NCBI GenBank assembly: GCA_041500865.1
Contig: JBGQMY010000002.1
Location: 1,982 to 65,981 of the forward strand
Length of the DNA stretch: 64,000 nt
Origin: Candidatus Micrarchaeia archaeon
GTDB lineage: Archaea; Micrarchaeota; Micrarchaeia; Anstonellales; J096
Direction: 5' to 3'
Translations under genes and position numbers: made by a program
Part shown: positions 19,901 to 31,700 of the stretch, piece by piece
How positions within the stretch are numbered: the stretch's first letter is position 1
How the letters are laid out: each line of letters starts with the position of its first letter
Notes under the pieces: generated by a model
Databases searched by the model: none
What the model was told of the DNA's origin: nothing
What the model saw: only the letters and a program-made list of their open reading frames with translations

Positions 19901-21470
19901 GCCTGGCAATCACGCCTTCCTTTTCCTTTATTTGGGCTTCCAAAACAAAATATTTGGCTATCGCTGCATCATAGTTCTTGTTGAAATACTCCAGGCTGAA
20001 ACCGGGCCTGTTTTTCAGATTTGATAAAAGTTTTTTCTTGATGTTATCCTTTATCGTCTTGTCCATGGCTGCCTTATCCTGCCTATTTATCTCCTTTTTG
20101 ATTTCTTCTTTGCTTATTGATTTGACGTCCATAGCATTGATTCCGAATGTCTTTAAGACCAGCGATAATGAGGCGCCGATTGCGCCCAGCGAAATGCCGC
20201 CAAGGCCCTTGAGGATGCTTAAGCCCGCCCCTGATTTAGCCCAGCCCGCTTTCATCTCCTGCCCAAACTTTTTGAAGTCAGTGACCTGCACAGTTACCGG
20301 ATTTCCCTTCTTGTCTATTTTCTGGGCGCCGGTTTTGGTAAGCACGGGCACCTTCACCTGGGACTTTTGTACTGCCGCCTCTATTCCCAGCATCTTGCCT
20401 CCTTGTTCTGCTATTTTCTTGCCGGTAACCCAGCCTGTGGCACTGCCTAATGCATTTGCAACTTTTACAAAGCCTATGGCAAATTTCTGAGAGCCAGTCG
20501 GCTTTCCGCCCTTGGCTTTTTCTGCCTCGCCCTTGACCGCGGCCTTCCTGATGCCGCCCTTGTCGCCAGCCAGCCCCTCATTCACACTTTTGGCCGCGCC
20601 GTATACTGACGCCGTCTTGCTGACCACGCTTCCCAGCACGCTCTCGTGCTGGCTCATCGCAGCCCCGACAGACGACTGTATCGCCTGCGTATTCGGCTTT
20701 ATGTAGTTTCTCTGCGCCCTGTCCATGCTGAACCAGAAGAACGGGTTAACGCCCATGTAGAACATGCTGGCTATCAACAAGCCTACTAAAATGGAAATCG
20801 GCAGGCATATGCTCAATTGGTCCGTTGAAAGCACCCTTGTGCCAGAAGCGCGGGTAAGGACCATTGACGACGACAGGAATAGGTTGGCTGGGTCCCAATT
20901 GCCAGTCCCGGTGAGATTGAACACCTTTGCGGTCTGTCCCCAGTTTCCCGATACAGGATTGCCCGCTGCGTCCTTGCATGCATCAATGCCCGTATATGAG
21001 GTCATGCCTATGCCGTTAGGGGGCGGAGCTGGAGGTCTGGGATAGGACGGCTTGTAGCCGATGTTGCCGTTGTCGTCAAAAACCACGAGGCAGTCGTCTA
21101 TGGCGCACGTCAGCGACGCGTTGGAATAGCAGAAGACCGCTACAAACGTCGTTTTGTTCATCATCGCCTTTGAGGCGCTGAACGTGGCAGTTCCGCTCCC
21201 GTCCGTTATCGTCCTGCACAGGTACTCTTTCCTGAATCCCGTGGTGTTGAACGGCTGGATGAATATTACCGCGTCCTTTACAGGGACGTCATGGCCGTTG
21301 ATTGTGGCAAAAAGCGAAACATTGTAATTTGTGGAATTGTCGGGATTGGTCCCAACCAGCTTTATGGATATGCTTGAGACCTCGGCCTTGTCGTAATAGT
21401 CCAAGGGGACGCAGGCGCTGAAAACCATTCCGAAGACAAGCAGCAGCGGGAGAATGTGCCTCATGCCCAT
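16971..21470 (-). CDS. About 1,500-aa membrane protein with an N-terminal signal and Cys-containing ectodomain, one TM helix, a long Lys/Glu-rich coiled-coil region and a Pro-rich C-terminus.
   Basis: MGMRHILPLLLVFGMVFSAC signal peptide, TM segment ICLPISILVGLLIASMFYMGV, heptad-like K/E-rich sequence, C-terminal PPSGPGGRPTPPAEPPPAEKRP. The track start at 21545 overlaps a TTTAAAAACA box at 21491-21500. The ATG at 21470 lies 21-30 nt after it. Confidence 0.55.
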   Translation of the reverse strand: MGMRHILPLLLVFGMVFSACVPLDYYDKAEVSSISIKLVGTNPDNSTNYNVSLFATINGHDVPVKDAVIFIQPFNTTGFRKEYLCRTITDGSGTATFSASKAMMNKTTFVAVFCYSNASLTCAIDDCLVVFDDNGNIGYKPSYPRPPAPPPNGIGMTSYTGIDACKDAAGNPVSGNWGQTAKVFNLTGTGNWDPANLFLSSSMVLTRASGTRVLSTDQLSICLPISILVGLLIASMFYMGVNPFFWFSMDRAQRNYIKPNTQAIQSSVGAAMSQHESVLGSVVSKTASVYGAAKSVNEGLAGDKGGIRKAAVKGEAEKAKGGKPTGSQKFAIGFVKVANALGSATGWVTGKKIAEQGGKMLGIEAAVQKSQVKVPVLTKTGAQKIDKKGNPVTVQVTDFKKFGQEMKAGWAKSGAGLSILKGLGGISLGAIGASLSLVLKTFGINAMDVKSISKEEIKKEINRQDKAAMDKTIKDNIKKKLLSNLKNRPGFSLEYFNKNYDAAIAKYFVLEAQIKEKEGVIARLRENNPSNKDIKKLEKENEKLIKERDSVMPGFVLKCFPATDKKVAENKQGMTKLWDDISSLKSRIEQNEGLSGTAKALFAALSKDSLTLSEMKDLQSGKDNRLSGIKDEKLKDQLSDFIGMKIAYGTMLNDQMELMRESHLPVHYLEGNILQPEREFQVKISQIAQNSIGNKVAAIALSLRLSGEEDRADKLLLDFNAIGTDANAPQNVLKAMFPDHPEYVNQANATYMVEQLKMERELRTDVSANSAKLQVVNGLLGMVNDGYTITAVPGASGMEISDKIKITKNGKEISGENKDKVISEYGIENNAYSMITLTDMANGAKPESSFTAENLALKRTEAIQASSGIIEKALGIAHQKDLEAGAAAAQIVPMGKLADVLDRNGMALEGFNGRNGDIVIVDKVSKEKLTMDQAKARMNEDSWADFSKASSALGTDTFKNINTIFGTAVAGYSFSGADSEGNFLVRDKATGKAVSLEDATKSMGENDRSQLITELDKFRNVNVGAIKDSLRGTDLVFNGIDEGGTKINNSSGERITGNDVKAELNMKDASESFTKIYAAFNETSKNSIKEKVLPYFSSNDVIPYQDVRDAMSARVGGAESRVESRAGVVAQLFDSMEGMLTSKASTDNLKSHKELYEKLEKFQLDEGRENVFLVFSPDQKKFDLVDKNGTAIPDDRENKILKQFNLDKLSADESSIMKSALEQQGQFPKPAGGGGVSGAPSGALALSSLSFVVSDLYEDEKKNLIKVTEDDMKNRIYETRNRRNLTSASFFDFSGLLENIANSSPAADIMTGASDETFHRAFISKDYDKDCLRNYFAIGAKEEYSKELSDDGIKDKNGTKADYAALEDYHNFIGKVTTGALDTYDTYFGGRGRPAPMLYGELPPSGPGGRPTPPAEPPPAEKRPQEKETGVVFKEGGPEKPPSKQSEQQALGQAPETASQMQKSADEEARKAALRETKQKVIDDYNKRVAAREPKKPKG

Positions 21471-21629
21471 GGTTCGCTTTTGCCTGGCCTTGTTTTTAAA
21501 CATAGCGCCTAAGGAAACCGAGGTTCCCTTGAAGCATTTTTCCAAAAGGCTTCAGCGAAAAACGTTGGCCCAACCCCCCCTTCTTACTAAGCTGTTGCAT
21601 CTGGGGTATTTTTGCCAAACCACAAGATT

Positions 21630-22589
21630 TCAGCTTGCTTTTCCAAGCGCATAAAGCCTTTCCAGCCTTTTTACGGTAAGCGGATGCGTCATAAGCAGTT
21701 CACTAAGCCCGCCCTTGCCCTTCTCCTTTTCCAGTATTTCGGCAAAGGACGAACCGCGCCCCAGCATCAGCGCAATCTCGTTTATGGTCCCGCGCTCATT
21801 TGCTGAAGGCGAGGCTATGTAGAAGGAGTTCATGCTTTTGTTCTGGGCCTGCGCCTGCGGGGCCGCGTTCGCGTAGCTTATCCTTGTCAGCGCCATCATC
21901 AGCGCCTTCGGGTTTGCGGTCGCATAGGCGGAGAACTCGTCCGCATAATACTCCCTTGTCCTTGATATGGCAAGCACTATGAGCTGGCCCAAAAAGCTTG
22001 CCACGTTCGCGCCTATTATCGTGGCCAGGAACGAACTCTGGCCGTTGTTGTCCTTTCCGCCGAAGAAGATGATGAAGGCATAATAAAGCAGTATGGGAAG
22101 CGCGCCGGCAAACGTCATCACAAGCACGTCCCTGTGCCTTATGTGGCCCATCTCATGGGCGATTACAGCCTCAATCTCGTCCGGGCCGAGCATCCTCAAA
22201 AGGCCGGTATGCACGGCTATGGCAGAGCTGGACTGCGTCCTGCCGAAGGCAAAGGCGTTCGGATAGGGGTTGTCAACCAGGTACAGTTTCGGCACAGGCA
22301 CGCCCGCAATGCCGGCATACTTCGCCAGTATCGCCCTTATCTCAGGCAATTCGCCTTCCTTCACTTCCTTTGCCTTAGTGGACCATTTTATTATCCAAGG
22401 CCCTATGTACCATTGGACAAGGAGGAATGCGAACGAGATTATAATCCAGACTAGTATCGAGCCGCTGCCCGAGAATCCCGCATAGACCAGTATGAGGCCC
22501 AAAACGGATGCGACTATGCCGAAGACCAGCATGGTGACAAGCATCATCCTGAGCGTAAGCCCGAACGTACTGTATTGTGTGGATGCCAT
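21630..22589 (-). CDS. htpX: HtpX-like M48 zinc metalloprotease (membrane).
   Basis: HEMGHIRHRD zincin motif and four TM segments. The track start at 22640 would overlap the giant gene. The ATG at 22589 has its own TTTTAAAAT box and a GGAGAG near -8. Confidence 0.8.
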   Translation of the reverse strand: MASTQYSTFGLTLRMMLVTMLVFGIVASVLGLILVYAGFSGSGSILVWIIISFAFLLVQWYIGPWIIKWSTKAKEVKEGELPEIRAILAKYAGIAGVPVPKLYLVDNPYPNAFAFGRTQSSSAIAVHTGLLRMLGPDEIEAVIAHEMGHIRHRDVLVMTFAGALPILLYYAFIIFFGGKDNNGQSSFLATIIGANVASFLGQLIVLAISRTREYYADEFSAYATANPKALMMALTRISYANAAPQAQAQNKSMNSFYIASPSANERGTINEIALMLGRGSSFAEILEKEKGKGGLSELLMTHPLTVKRLERLYALGKAS

Positions 22590-22636
22590 GGTTATCTCTC
22601 CTTGCCTGGATTTTAAAAATGAAATGGTTGAAAAAA

Positions 22637-22790
22637 TCAACCCTTGAATTTGTACTGCCTGCCGCTGCCGCCCCCTTCCCTCAGGAAGAAATAGTATATG
22701 GCGACTATTATGGCTGCTATCGCCACGATGGCCAATAGCGCCGCGGCCAGCACGCCGACCCAGTCAAGCGGCTTTGGCGGCTGCGCCTGT
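22637..22790 (-). other. C-terminal membrane anchor of the giant protein. TM helix plus basic tail, no PGF motif.
   Basis: LDWVGVLAAALLAIVAIAAIIVAIYYFFLREGGGSGRQYKFKG. Confidence 0.65.
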
Positions 22791-25700
22791 GCGCAAAGTC
22801 CCGCGCTCATGTTGCAGCTGCCTGAGCAGCAGTCGCTGTCAATCTTGCATGCCCCGTTGTCTGCGGCGCACGTGATATTGGCCCCTGAGACATTCTGGGT
22901 CACGTTGGTTGGATGGGTCGCGTTTCCTCCCTGCTGAGCCGCTGCCCTGGCCATTGCGCCAATCACGGCAAACGCGTTGTTGCCTGAGACGTTGTTCAGC
23001 ATTATGGAGACATTGAGGCTGCCGTCGCCATTCACGTCAACGGTCCTGTTCTCGCCCACATAAACGGTGATTGTGCCAGTGAGGCTGTCCACCTGGTATG
23101 CCGCATACTCGGCGCCGACGTCAATCAGGGTGACGTTGATGTACCTGGTGGAGCCGTTGCTTACATACGGGATTTGGCTTGTCTGGTTCCTGGACATGCC
23201 GCCCTGGGTGCCGTTCCCGGCAGTCTGGTTCTGCTGGCCTCCTGCTGCCGCGCAGCTGAACGACACTGTCAGCGAGGCGCTGTCGTAGCCGTCCTTGTCC
23301 GCATACACGACGTACGTGCCGCTTGCGAGGTTGCTGAAGGTGTATCCCGAGGTATATGCCGTATGCCTGTCGTCCGAGTTTATGTAGACGGTAACCCCGC
23401 TAAGCGCCGTGCCGCTGCTGGCTACAGTAACCCTCACGTTGGCAGTTCCGTCGCTGTTGCATGACGTGTAGTTGGATATCGCCATTGAAGGCAGCGCCGC
23501 CCCGCCTCCGCCGCCCCCTCCGCCCCCTCCGCCTCCGCCACCGCTTGTCTTTACGGTAACGGTCCTAGACAGCGAGGATGACGAGTAGTTCTCGGTCGCG
23601 TTGTACACCAGCTTCACTGTGTGAGTTCCTGTCGCAGACCAGGACGTGCTGTTGTAGATGTTGCCGTTGCCTGAGCGCGAGAACGCGCTGTCCAGCCATA
23701 TCTCTATGTGGCCGTTGGCCGGCGTTGTGACAGTGCCGTTGAATGTGACTGTGGCGCCGGTGTTGACGGTTATTCCGCCAGCAACCCCATTGACGGTAAG
23801 GCTTATGCTGGGCGCCGCCTTGGCTATTGTTAAATTATTTGAGGCGGATGCGCCTGTGTAGTTCTCAGTCCCGCTTATGTTGCACACAAAGAGGTATGCC
23901 CCTGCCGGCAGGTTGGCTATGCTTTCGGCGTAGCCTAGACCGCTTGCCATGAACGTGCCGTTCCTGTAAATGGATACGTTAAGGCCGGCTTGGCCGCTGC
24001 ATGAAACGTTTATGTTGCTGTTGTTCCATGTCGGCGTCCATCCTGCTGACGAGGAGAACGTGAGCGCAGTTGACACTTGCGCTATTGTCAGCGTGTTTGA
24101 TGCGCTGCCGTTCGTGTAGTTCTCGTTGCCGCTTGTGTTGCACACATATTCGTATGTGCCTGCAGAAAGGTTCTGCGGGTCGCTCGCAAAGCCCATGCCG
24201 CTGTCAACAAGCGTGCCGTTCCTGTAAAGCTCCATGTTCACCTGCGCGGCTCCCGTGCAGTTGACTATAGTTCCGTAAGGCCAGGTTCCGCTCCATGATG
24301 GTGAAGCTGCCAATGCGGCACTCGGGTCTGCCATAAGCACGGTTATGCTCATGTTTGGCATAGAGTCGTTCAGGTTGCTCCACGTGTCATTGGCAGTCCA
24401 CCTGTAAGTATATTCTCCTGCCGCGAGGTGGCCGGTGTCGTACTCGAACTGGCTGCCTGCCTGGCTTGTGAATGGCGATTGGACCAAAGAGCCGCTGAAG
24501 TTGTTCTCAACAAGCACTGTGTCAAGTCCCGTTTCATCCGTCCAGGTTGCGTTCAGCAGGTATGAGAGGTTGGGCCTGTATGTGTCGTTGATGTTTGCGC
24601 TTGGCTCCAATGCGGTATAATTCGGCGCATTTGATTCAGGCGTGAGGTTCATGGCAAAGAACACTGTGTCGTTGGCCGTGTTGCCTGCCGAGTCGTTTGC
24701 AATCACCGTAATGGTGTGGTTGCCGTCGCTTATGCCAAGGAGCGAACTGATGTTGGAGCATCCGGCAAGGCCGATTGCCGCGCCTCCGTCAACCATGTAT
24801 CTGCAGTATGCAAGGTTCGCATCCGATGCAGTGTAGTTCAGGTCGATGTTGGCCGTGGTGTATATGGTTATGTTGTCTGGCGACTGGATTGCGACTATTG
24901 GCGCAGTGGTGTCAACCGTGAAGGTGCGCCCAGAACTGACTGTTGTGCCTGCGCTGTCGTTGGCCCAGGCCGTCATGTTGTATATTCCGTCGTCAAAGTC
25001 AAGGGTAAATGGGGCACCTGGAGGAGTATAGATTACATTGGTTCCGTTGGTGTAGAACCATACCGTATCCAAGTTCGTGTCATTCGCGCTTATGTTTATC
25101 AGTATTGTGCTGGTGTTGTAGTAATAGCTTAGCAAAGGCGACACTATCGTTATGGTCGGGCTTACCGTGTCGACCGTGAAGTTGTCGGTTCCGCTGACTG
25201 CTATGTTGTTTGCTGCGTCAGAGCAGCTGACATTCCAAAGGTGGCTGGTTTCGGTAGCGTTGTATGACAATGACGCGGGCGTGTTGTTATGCGCATTGAC
25301 ACTGCCTGCAGCCGAGCCGTCAACATAGACGACGCATGTCATGTTTTCCGAAATCGCGTCAACCGCGGTGAACGACAGGCTTACCAGCGATGAGGCCGGG
25401 AAGCTGTTGTTCTCCGGAGCCACAAGGGTTATGCCGGGCGCAGTCGTGTCTATCACTATTATCCTGGTCTCTGTTTTATTGAAGTTGCCGGCCAGGTCGG
25501 ACACCGAGGCATTGAGGTAATACACACCGTCGCTAAGGTTGTTGAAAGTGTGCGCTAATACTAAAATGCCGCTGGCGCTTCCGTTAAAGGTGTCATAGAG
25601 GCCAGCGGGAGTGTAAAGCGTAATTATGCCATTCATGGTGTTGGTATCATTCATAATCAGATTCACGTCTATATTAGGTATCGGGGTTCCCGTTGACGAA

Positions 25701-28700
25701 TTGGTCGTAGGCGAGGCAAACCATATCTGCGGGACAGTCCTGTCAACGGTCACGTTCCTGGTCTCTGTGCTGTTGGAGCGGCCGACCATGTCGTACGCCG
25801 TTGCGTTGAAGTAATACGTGCCTTCTGCAAGGCCGCTGAAGTTCGCAAGGAAGCTGCTTGAGTTGGACCATGTCTGGTTCCTGAGCGCACCGCTCGCGTT
25901 GTACAGCCTGACGGTCACGTTCGCGAAGCTTGAATCATTAACACTGACGTTCGCGATTATGCTGTTCGCAAACGAGGACGAGTTCGTTGACGGCGTTGCA
26001 AAGCGTATCGCCGGGTTTGTCGTGTCCACCGTGAAGTTCACGCTGGCTGTCGAGACGTGGCCGACCATGTCGGTTGACCACACCGTAAGGGTGTTGGCTC
26101 CCTCCGTGAAGGTCCTGTTTACAGGAACCATGTAGGTCTCATTGGCCGTCCCGTTGTAGAACCAGGTCGTGTTCAGGTCTGCATCAGTCACGTTTATGCT
26201 CACAAGCACCGTTGAGTTGCTGTATGCCGTGGCTGCCGGGGATATTATCGTTATGCTTGGCGCTATGGCGTCAAGCGTGACGTTCCTTGTCTCGGTCTTG
26301 TTCGTCCTGCCTGCCCTGTCGTAGACTGTTGCGTTGAAGAAGTACGTGCCATCCCCAAGCCCAGTGACGTTAAGGAATGCCGGGCTGGCAGTTGAGGTCT
26401 GGTTCCTTACCAGCGCGCCTGTTGAGTTGTATACCCTTATCGTGACGTTGGCGAGGTTGGTGTCATTCGCGCTTACGTTTATCTCTATAAAGTTGTTCAA
26501 CGAGGCTGTCACGTTAGTGGTTGGCGCAACAAATGATATTTCGGGGTTTATCGTGTCAACGGTGAATGTCCTGTTCGTTGAGTTGATCCTCCCTGCGGAG
26601 TCGTTCACCCAGGCATACATGCCATAGGTGGCATCGCTGAAGTTCCTGGCAAACGGCGTTCCATTGTATGTTTCATTGTCCGTGCCGTTGTAGAACCAGA
26701 CCGTGTCCTTGTTGGCGTCTGTTGCGCTTATGTTCACCAGTATCGTTGCATTGGTGTAATAAGCCAATGACGGCGACATTATCGCTATTGCCGGGTTTAT
26801 CGTGTCAACAGTGAAGTTCCTTGTTTCGCTCACGACCGTGTTGTTCGCGTCGTCCGTGCAGTTGACATACCATGTGCGGAGCGCGTTGCTGAAGTTCCTT
26901 GTCAGGTTGTACTGCGATGCGTTTGAAACCGCTACTGTTGCGTTGAGCGTGCCGTTTATGTAGATTTTGCACGTTATGCTTGTGTCAACATTGTCATCCG
27001 GCGTGAATGAGAGAGTCACATTGGTAGTTGGAGAGAAGCTGCCTGCGGCTGGCGCATTGAGCGTTATGTTTGGCGGCACTGAGTCAACAGTGAAATTGAC
27101 GCTTGCCGTTGATACGTGCCCGACCATGTCGTTCGCCCAAGCCGTGAGCGTGTTTGCTCCCTGCTGGAATGTCCTTGTGACGGGCGTTCCGTTGTAGGTT
27201 TCGTTGTCCGTTCCGTTGTAGAACCAAGTCGTGTTAAGGTCGGCGTCAGTGGCGCTTATGTTGACCCATATCGTCGCATTGGTGTAATACCTTGCCGTCG
27301 GGCTTATTATTGCCAGGGTTGGCGCGACCGTGTTGAGCGTGACGTTCCTTGTCTCGGTCTTGTTGATCCTGCCTGCCCTGTCGTATGCCGTTGCGTTAAA
27401 ATAATAGACGCCGTCGCTGAGGTTGGAGTAGTTTGCGAACACCGTAGCGGACGATGAGCTGAACGTTGAGTTCCTCAGCCCGCCGGTTGAGTTGTATAGC
27501 CTTACCGTGACGTTCGCGAAGTTGCTGTCATTAACTGAGACATTCGCCAAGACATAGTTATTCAGCGAGAATGAGACATTCGTGGTTGGCGCGACAAACG
27601 CTATTGCCGGGTTTACCGTGTCGACTGTGAAGTTCCTTGTCTCGGTCTTGTTGAGGTTCCCTGCGCTGTCAAACGCCGTTGCGTTGATGTAATAGATGCC
27701 TTCGGCAAGCGACGTCTCGTTGGCAAACAGGTTTGTCAGGGTCCCTGACGTGTTGAAATACAGCCCAGTGGAGTTGTAGAAGAATATCGTTACGTTCCTG
27801 AAGTTTGCGTCGCTGGCCGTGACGTTCACAAGGGCGCTGTCCCTGTTCAGGTATGCGCTAGAGTTTTCCGTAGGCGACTTGAAGATTATTGTCGGCTTTA
27901 TCGTGTCGACCGTGAAGTTCCTGGTTTCGCTGACTGCCGAGTTGTTCGCGTCGTCCGTGCAGTTGACATACCATGTGCGGAGCGCGTTGCTGAAGTTCCT
28001 TGTCAGGTTGTACTGCGACGCGTTTGAAACCGCGGCCGTTGCGTTGAGCGTGCCGTTTATGTAGATTTTGCACGTAATGCTGGTATCCACGTTGTCATCC
28101 GGCGTGAATGAAAGCGTCACGTTTATTGTATTTGAGAATCCTCCTGCAGCAGGCGCATTGAGCGTTATGTTTGGCGGGATTGAGTCTACGCTGAAGTTAA
28201 CGCTGGCTGTCGACAGATGCCCAATCAGGTCGTTTGACCACACAGTAAGCGTGTTTGCCCCTTGCTGGAATGTCCTTGTGACCGGGGTGCCGACAGCATA
28301 AGTCTCGTTGGCCGTGCCGTTGAAGAACCACGTTGAGTTGTCAGAGTCGGTTACGCTTATGTTCACCAGTATGGAGGCGTTGTTGTATAGCTTGCTCGTA
28401 GGCGATATTATGGTTATGCTTGGCGCTGTCGCGTCAATCGTGATGTTCCTTGTCTCTGTTTTGTTTGCCAGCCCTGCCAGGTCATATACGGTTGCGTTGA
28501 AATAGTACAGGCCGTCGCTGAGGTTGGTATAATTTACAAAGACGCTGCCTGGGCTGCTTGAGAACGTTGAGTTTCTCAGCCCGCCGGTCGCGTTGTAGAG
28601 CCTTATCGTGGCGTTGGCGAAGTTCGTGTCGCTGGAGCTAATATTTATTGCAACATAGGCGTTGAGCGAATACGCCGAGGAGTTCGGCGTCGGAGTTGTG

Positions 28701-31700
28701 AATGTTATTGCCGGGTTTATTGTGTCAACAATGAACGTCCTGTTTGTTGAGTTTGTCCTGCCGACTGTGTCGTTGGCCCATGCGGTCATGTTGTACACGC
28801 CGTCCGTGTAGTTAAGCGTTACTGGTCCCGCGTATGTCGTGTTTGCAGTGCCCGTCCCGTTGTAGAACCGCACCGTGTCCAGGTTTGCGTCGCTTGCGCT
28901 TATGTTTATCAGCATGTTGGTCCCGTTTGCGTAATATGCCTGCGAAGGCGACACTATGGATATCGCCGGGTTTGTCGTGTCCACAATCACGTTCCTGACC
29001 CCGGTTGCGTTGGGATTCCCCGCAAGGTCGGAGCAGTTTGCGAAGTAGACGTGGGTGCCGTCGCTGAGGCTGGCCAGCGTGTAGTTGGCCGTCGTGTTTC
29101 CGTCGGAGTTGTGTATCTGCATCGCATATGAGGATGGCAAGGCCGGAATCCTGATGTTGCCGAGGATGTAATTGGCTGACATTCCATAAGTGTTGTCGCC
29201 GTAGCAGGTGGAGTTGCCGTTTGACAACAGATAGCAGGTATGGAAGACGCCTGCTGAAAGCGCAATGGCTTTTCCTCCTGTGTAGTTGGTTGCTTCACCT
29301 GGACCGTTGCCATTGAAGCCGTAGCATGTTGAGTTGCCGTTGCTGAGAAGGTAGCAGGTGTCCAGGTTGCTTGCAGAGACTGCAATGGCGTCGCCACCCG
29401 TGTAGCTGGTTGTTTCGCCATTGCCGCTGTCATAGCCGTAGCATACGGAGTTGCCGCTGCTGAGCACGTAGCATGTGTGGTCCTGGCCTGCAGCAACCGC
29501 GATGGCGTCGCCGCCGGTGTAGTTGGTTGCCTGGCCGGCGCTGCCTACGCATGGCGTGTAACCAAGGCAGTTGGCGTCGCCGTAGCATACGGAGTTGCCG
29601 CTGCTGAGCAGGTAGCAGGTGTCGTAGTCAGTTGCAGAAACTGCGACGGCGTCGCCGCCTGTATAACTGGTCGACTGGTTCGAGCTGTCGTCGCCGTAGC
29701 ATACGGAGTTGCCGTTGCTGAGCACATAGCATGTGTGCTTATATTCCGTTGAGACCGCGATGGCGTTGCCGCCTGTGTAGTTTGTCGACCTGCCGTCGGT
29801 GTTGGAGCCGTAGCATACGGAGTTGCCGTTGCTGAGCACATAGCATGTGTGGTATTCGCCCATGGCAACCGCGATGGCGTTGCCTCCTGTGTAATTTGTT
29901 GCCTCACCGTTGCCATTGAAGCCGTAGCATTTGGAGTTGCCGTTGCTGAGCACATAGCATGTCTGATAAGTGCCTACCGAAATCGGCGCGTTTGAGGACG
30001 CCCTTCTCTGCGCGTCCATTGTGAGCGTGCATGACTGCAGGTTCTCGCTGGAGCTGACGTTTATGGCGATGCTGCCGTTGAGATATGCTGAGGTGTTGGG
30101 CGTCGGGCTCACGAAAGCCAATGCTGGCGCCACGTTGTCTATGCTGATGTTATAGGTGCTGGAGTAGAACCTGCCGTATTCCATCAGCTCCCCGCTTCCG
30201 TCCGCAGCATATGCCACGTCTATTGTAAAGAACGAATACGTGCCGTTGTCTCCGGTCGCATAGACCTTCCAGGTGGCGTTGCACACCTTGCCCTGAGTCA
30301 TGTTGCTGTAGCAGCTGAGGTTGGACGGGTTTGACGAAGTCGTGTAGAACGGCCTTGCCCCAACGGTCGTTGGAACGACGCCCTTGTCAAGCGTTGAGCC
30401 AAGTGCATTGACCCTCGGATATGTGTAGTTGAGCGTTCCTGCGGTGTCAACAATGGGCTTTCCGCCTGTCTTCAGCATCGAATCCACCTCAACCGGAGCC
30501 GGCATCCTGCCGTAGCTCTGGACAAAGAACTGGTTTATGAGCGCGATGGCGCCCGAAACGTGCGGGGTCGCCATTGACGTGCCCTGCTTCGGCGTATGAG
30601 TGCCTGCGAAATCTGTTGCGATTATGCCCACGCCAGGAGCAAGCACGTCAAGCGTCCTGTCCCTGTTGGTAAAGCCCGCTATTGCGTCCGAGTCGTCTGT
30701 TGCGCCCACTGAAATAGCAGTGGAGATGCATGCCGGCGAGCCTATTCCGGGCACGTCAGAAAATGGGTCGGAAGCCCCGGATCCGTGGTGTTCGTTGCCT
30801 GATGCGATGACAACCGAGATGTTGCTATTGCGGGCATTGTATAGATAAGGCGTAAAGGCGTCATCATTGTCGCAAACCTTGCCGTCGCAGCTGCCATAAT
30901 TGCAATCGCTGCCGCCTATGCTTATTGATATGACGCTTATGTTATATAGGCTGGCGTTGTTTATGCACCATTCTATGCCTGCTTCGATATCGGCTTCGGG
31001 GCAGACGTCGCCGGTGCTGTCGCAGACCTTTACCATCGCGATTTTTGCGCCAGGCGCAACGCCCCTGTAAACAGAGTCGATTGAGCCGACAATGCCGGAC
31101 ACGTGCGAGCCGTGGCCGTTGTCGTCAATGAAGTTAGTGTCGTTGTTGTAGAAGTCGTATCCCCCTACAATCTTGCTGCAGTTGTGGCTCGTTATTATGT
31201 CTGCAAGCGTGCAGCTCCCGAAGTCCGGATGCGCGTAGTTTATGCCTGTGTCAAGTATGCACACTGTCTGGCCTGTGCCGTTTATGTTCCGGCCGTTTAT
31301 TGACATGTTCCATAGCTCAGTCGCATTTATGAGCGGAACTGAAACGTCAAGCATGGTATGGAAAGTCCTTGCGATGCGGACAGATGCGACGTTCGGGTTG
31401 GCCATGAGGCTCTTTATGCCCGCAAGCGTCGCAGTCCCCGAGAAGCTGTTCACTGTGGAATACCTGTACTTAACCTTGAAGTCGCCCGAAGAAAGCGTTG
31501 AAATCACGGCAGACTGCACCGAATATACGTTTTCCCTTGTCTTGAGGCTTGCAGCCGGCTCCTTGAGCGTCACGATTACTTCAACCGGGCCGTTCTTTGC
31601 CGCGGAAAGGATGTCCTTGGGCGTCTCGTTTGCGCCCGCCATTATCGGGTCAAGGACCGCGGCAACAGCCCCGCACGGGCCGCCGACGCAGGTCACGGAT

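Noticed and set aside
22589-22640. 4-nt stop/start overlap (ATGA) between the giant gene and htpX, implying translational coupling.
   Set aside because: An in-frame ATG at 22589 is preceded by its own TTTTAAAAT box and a GGAGAG. The independent downstream start is more plausible, so coupling is not claimed.
23560-29100. Highly regular roughly 300-nt tandem repeats that could look like a repeat array or CRISPR.
   Set aside because: They lie inside one continuous ORF and encode Ig-like domains. There are no short conserved direct repeats separated by unique spacers, and there are no cas genes.
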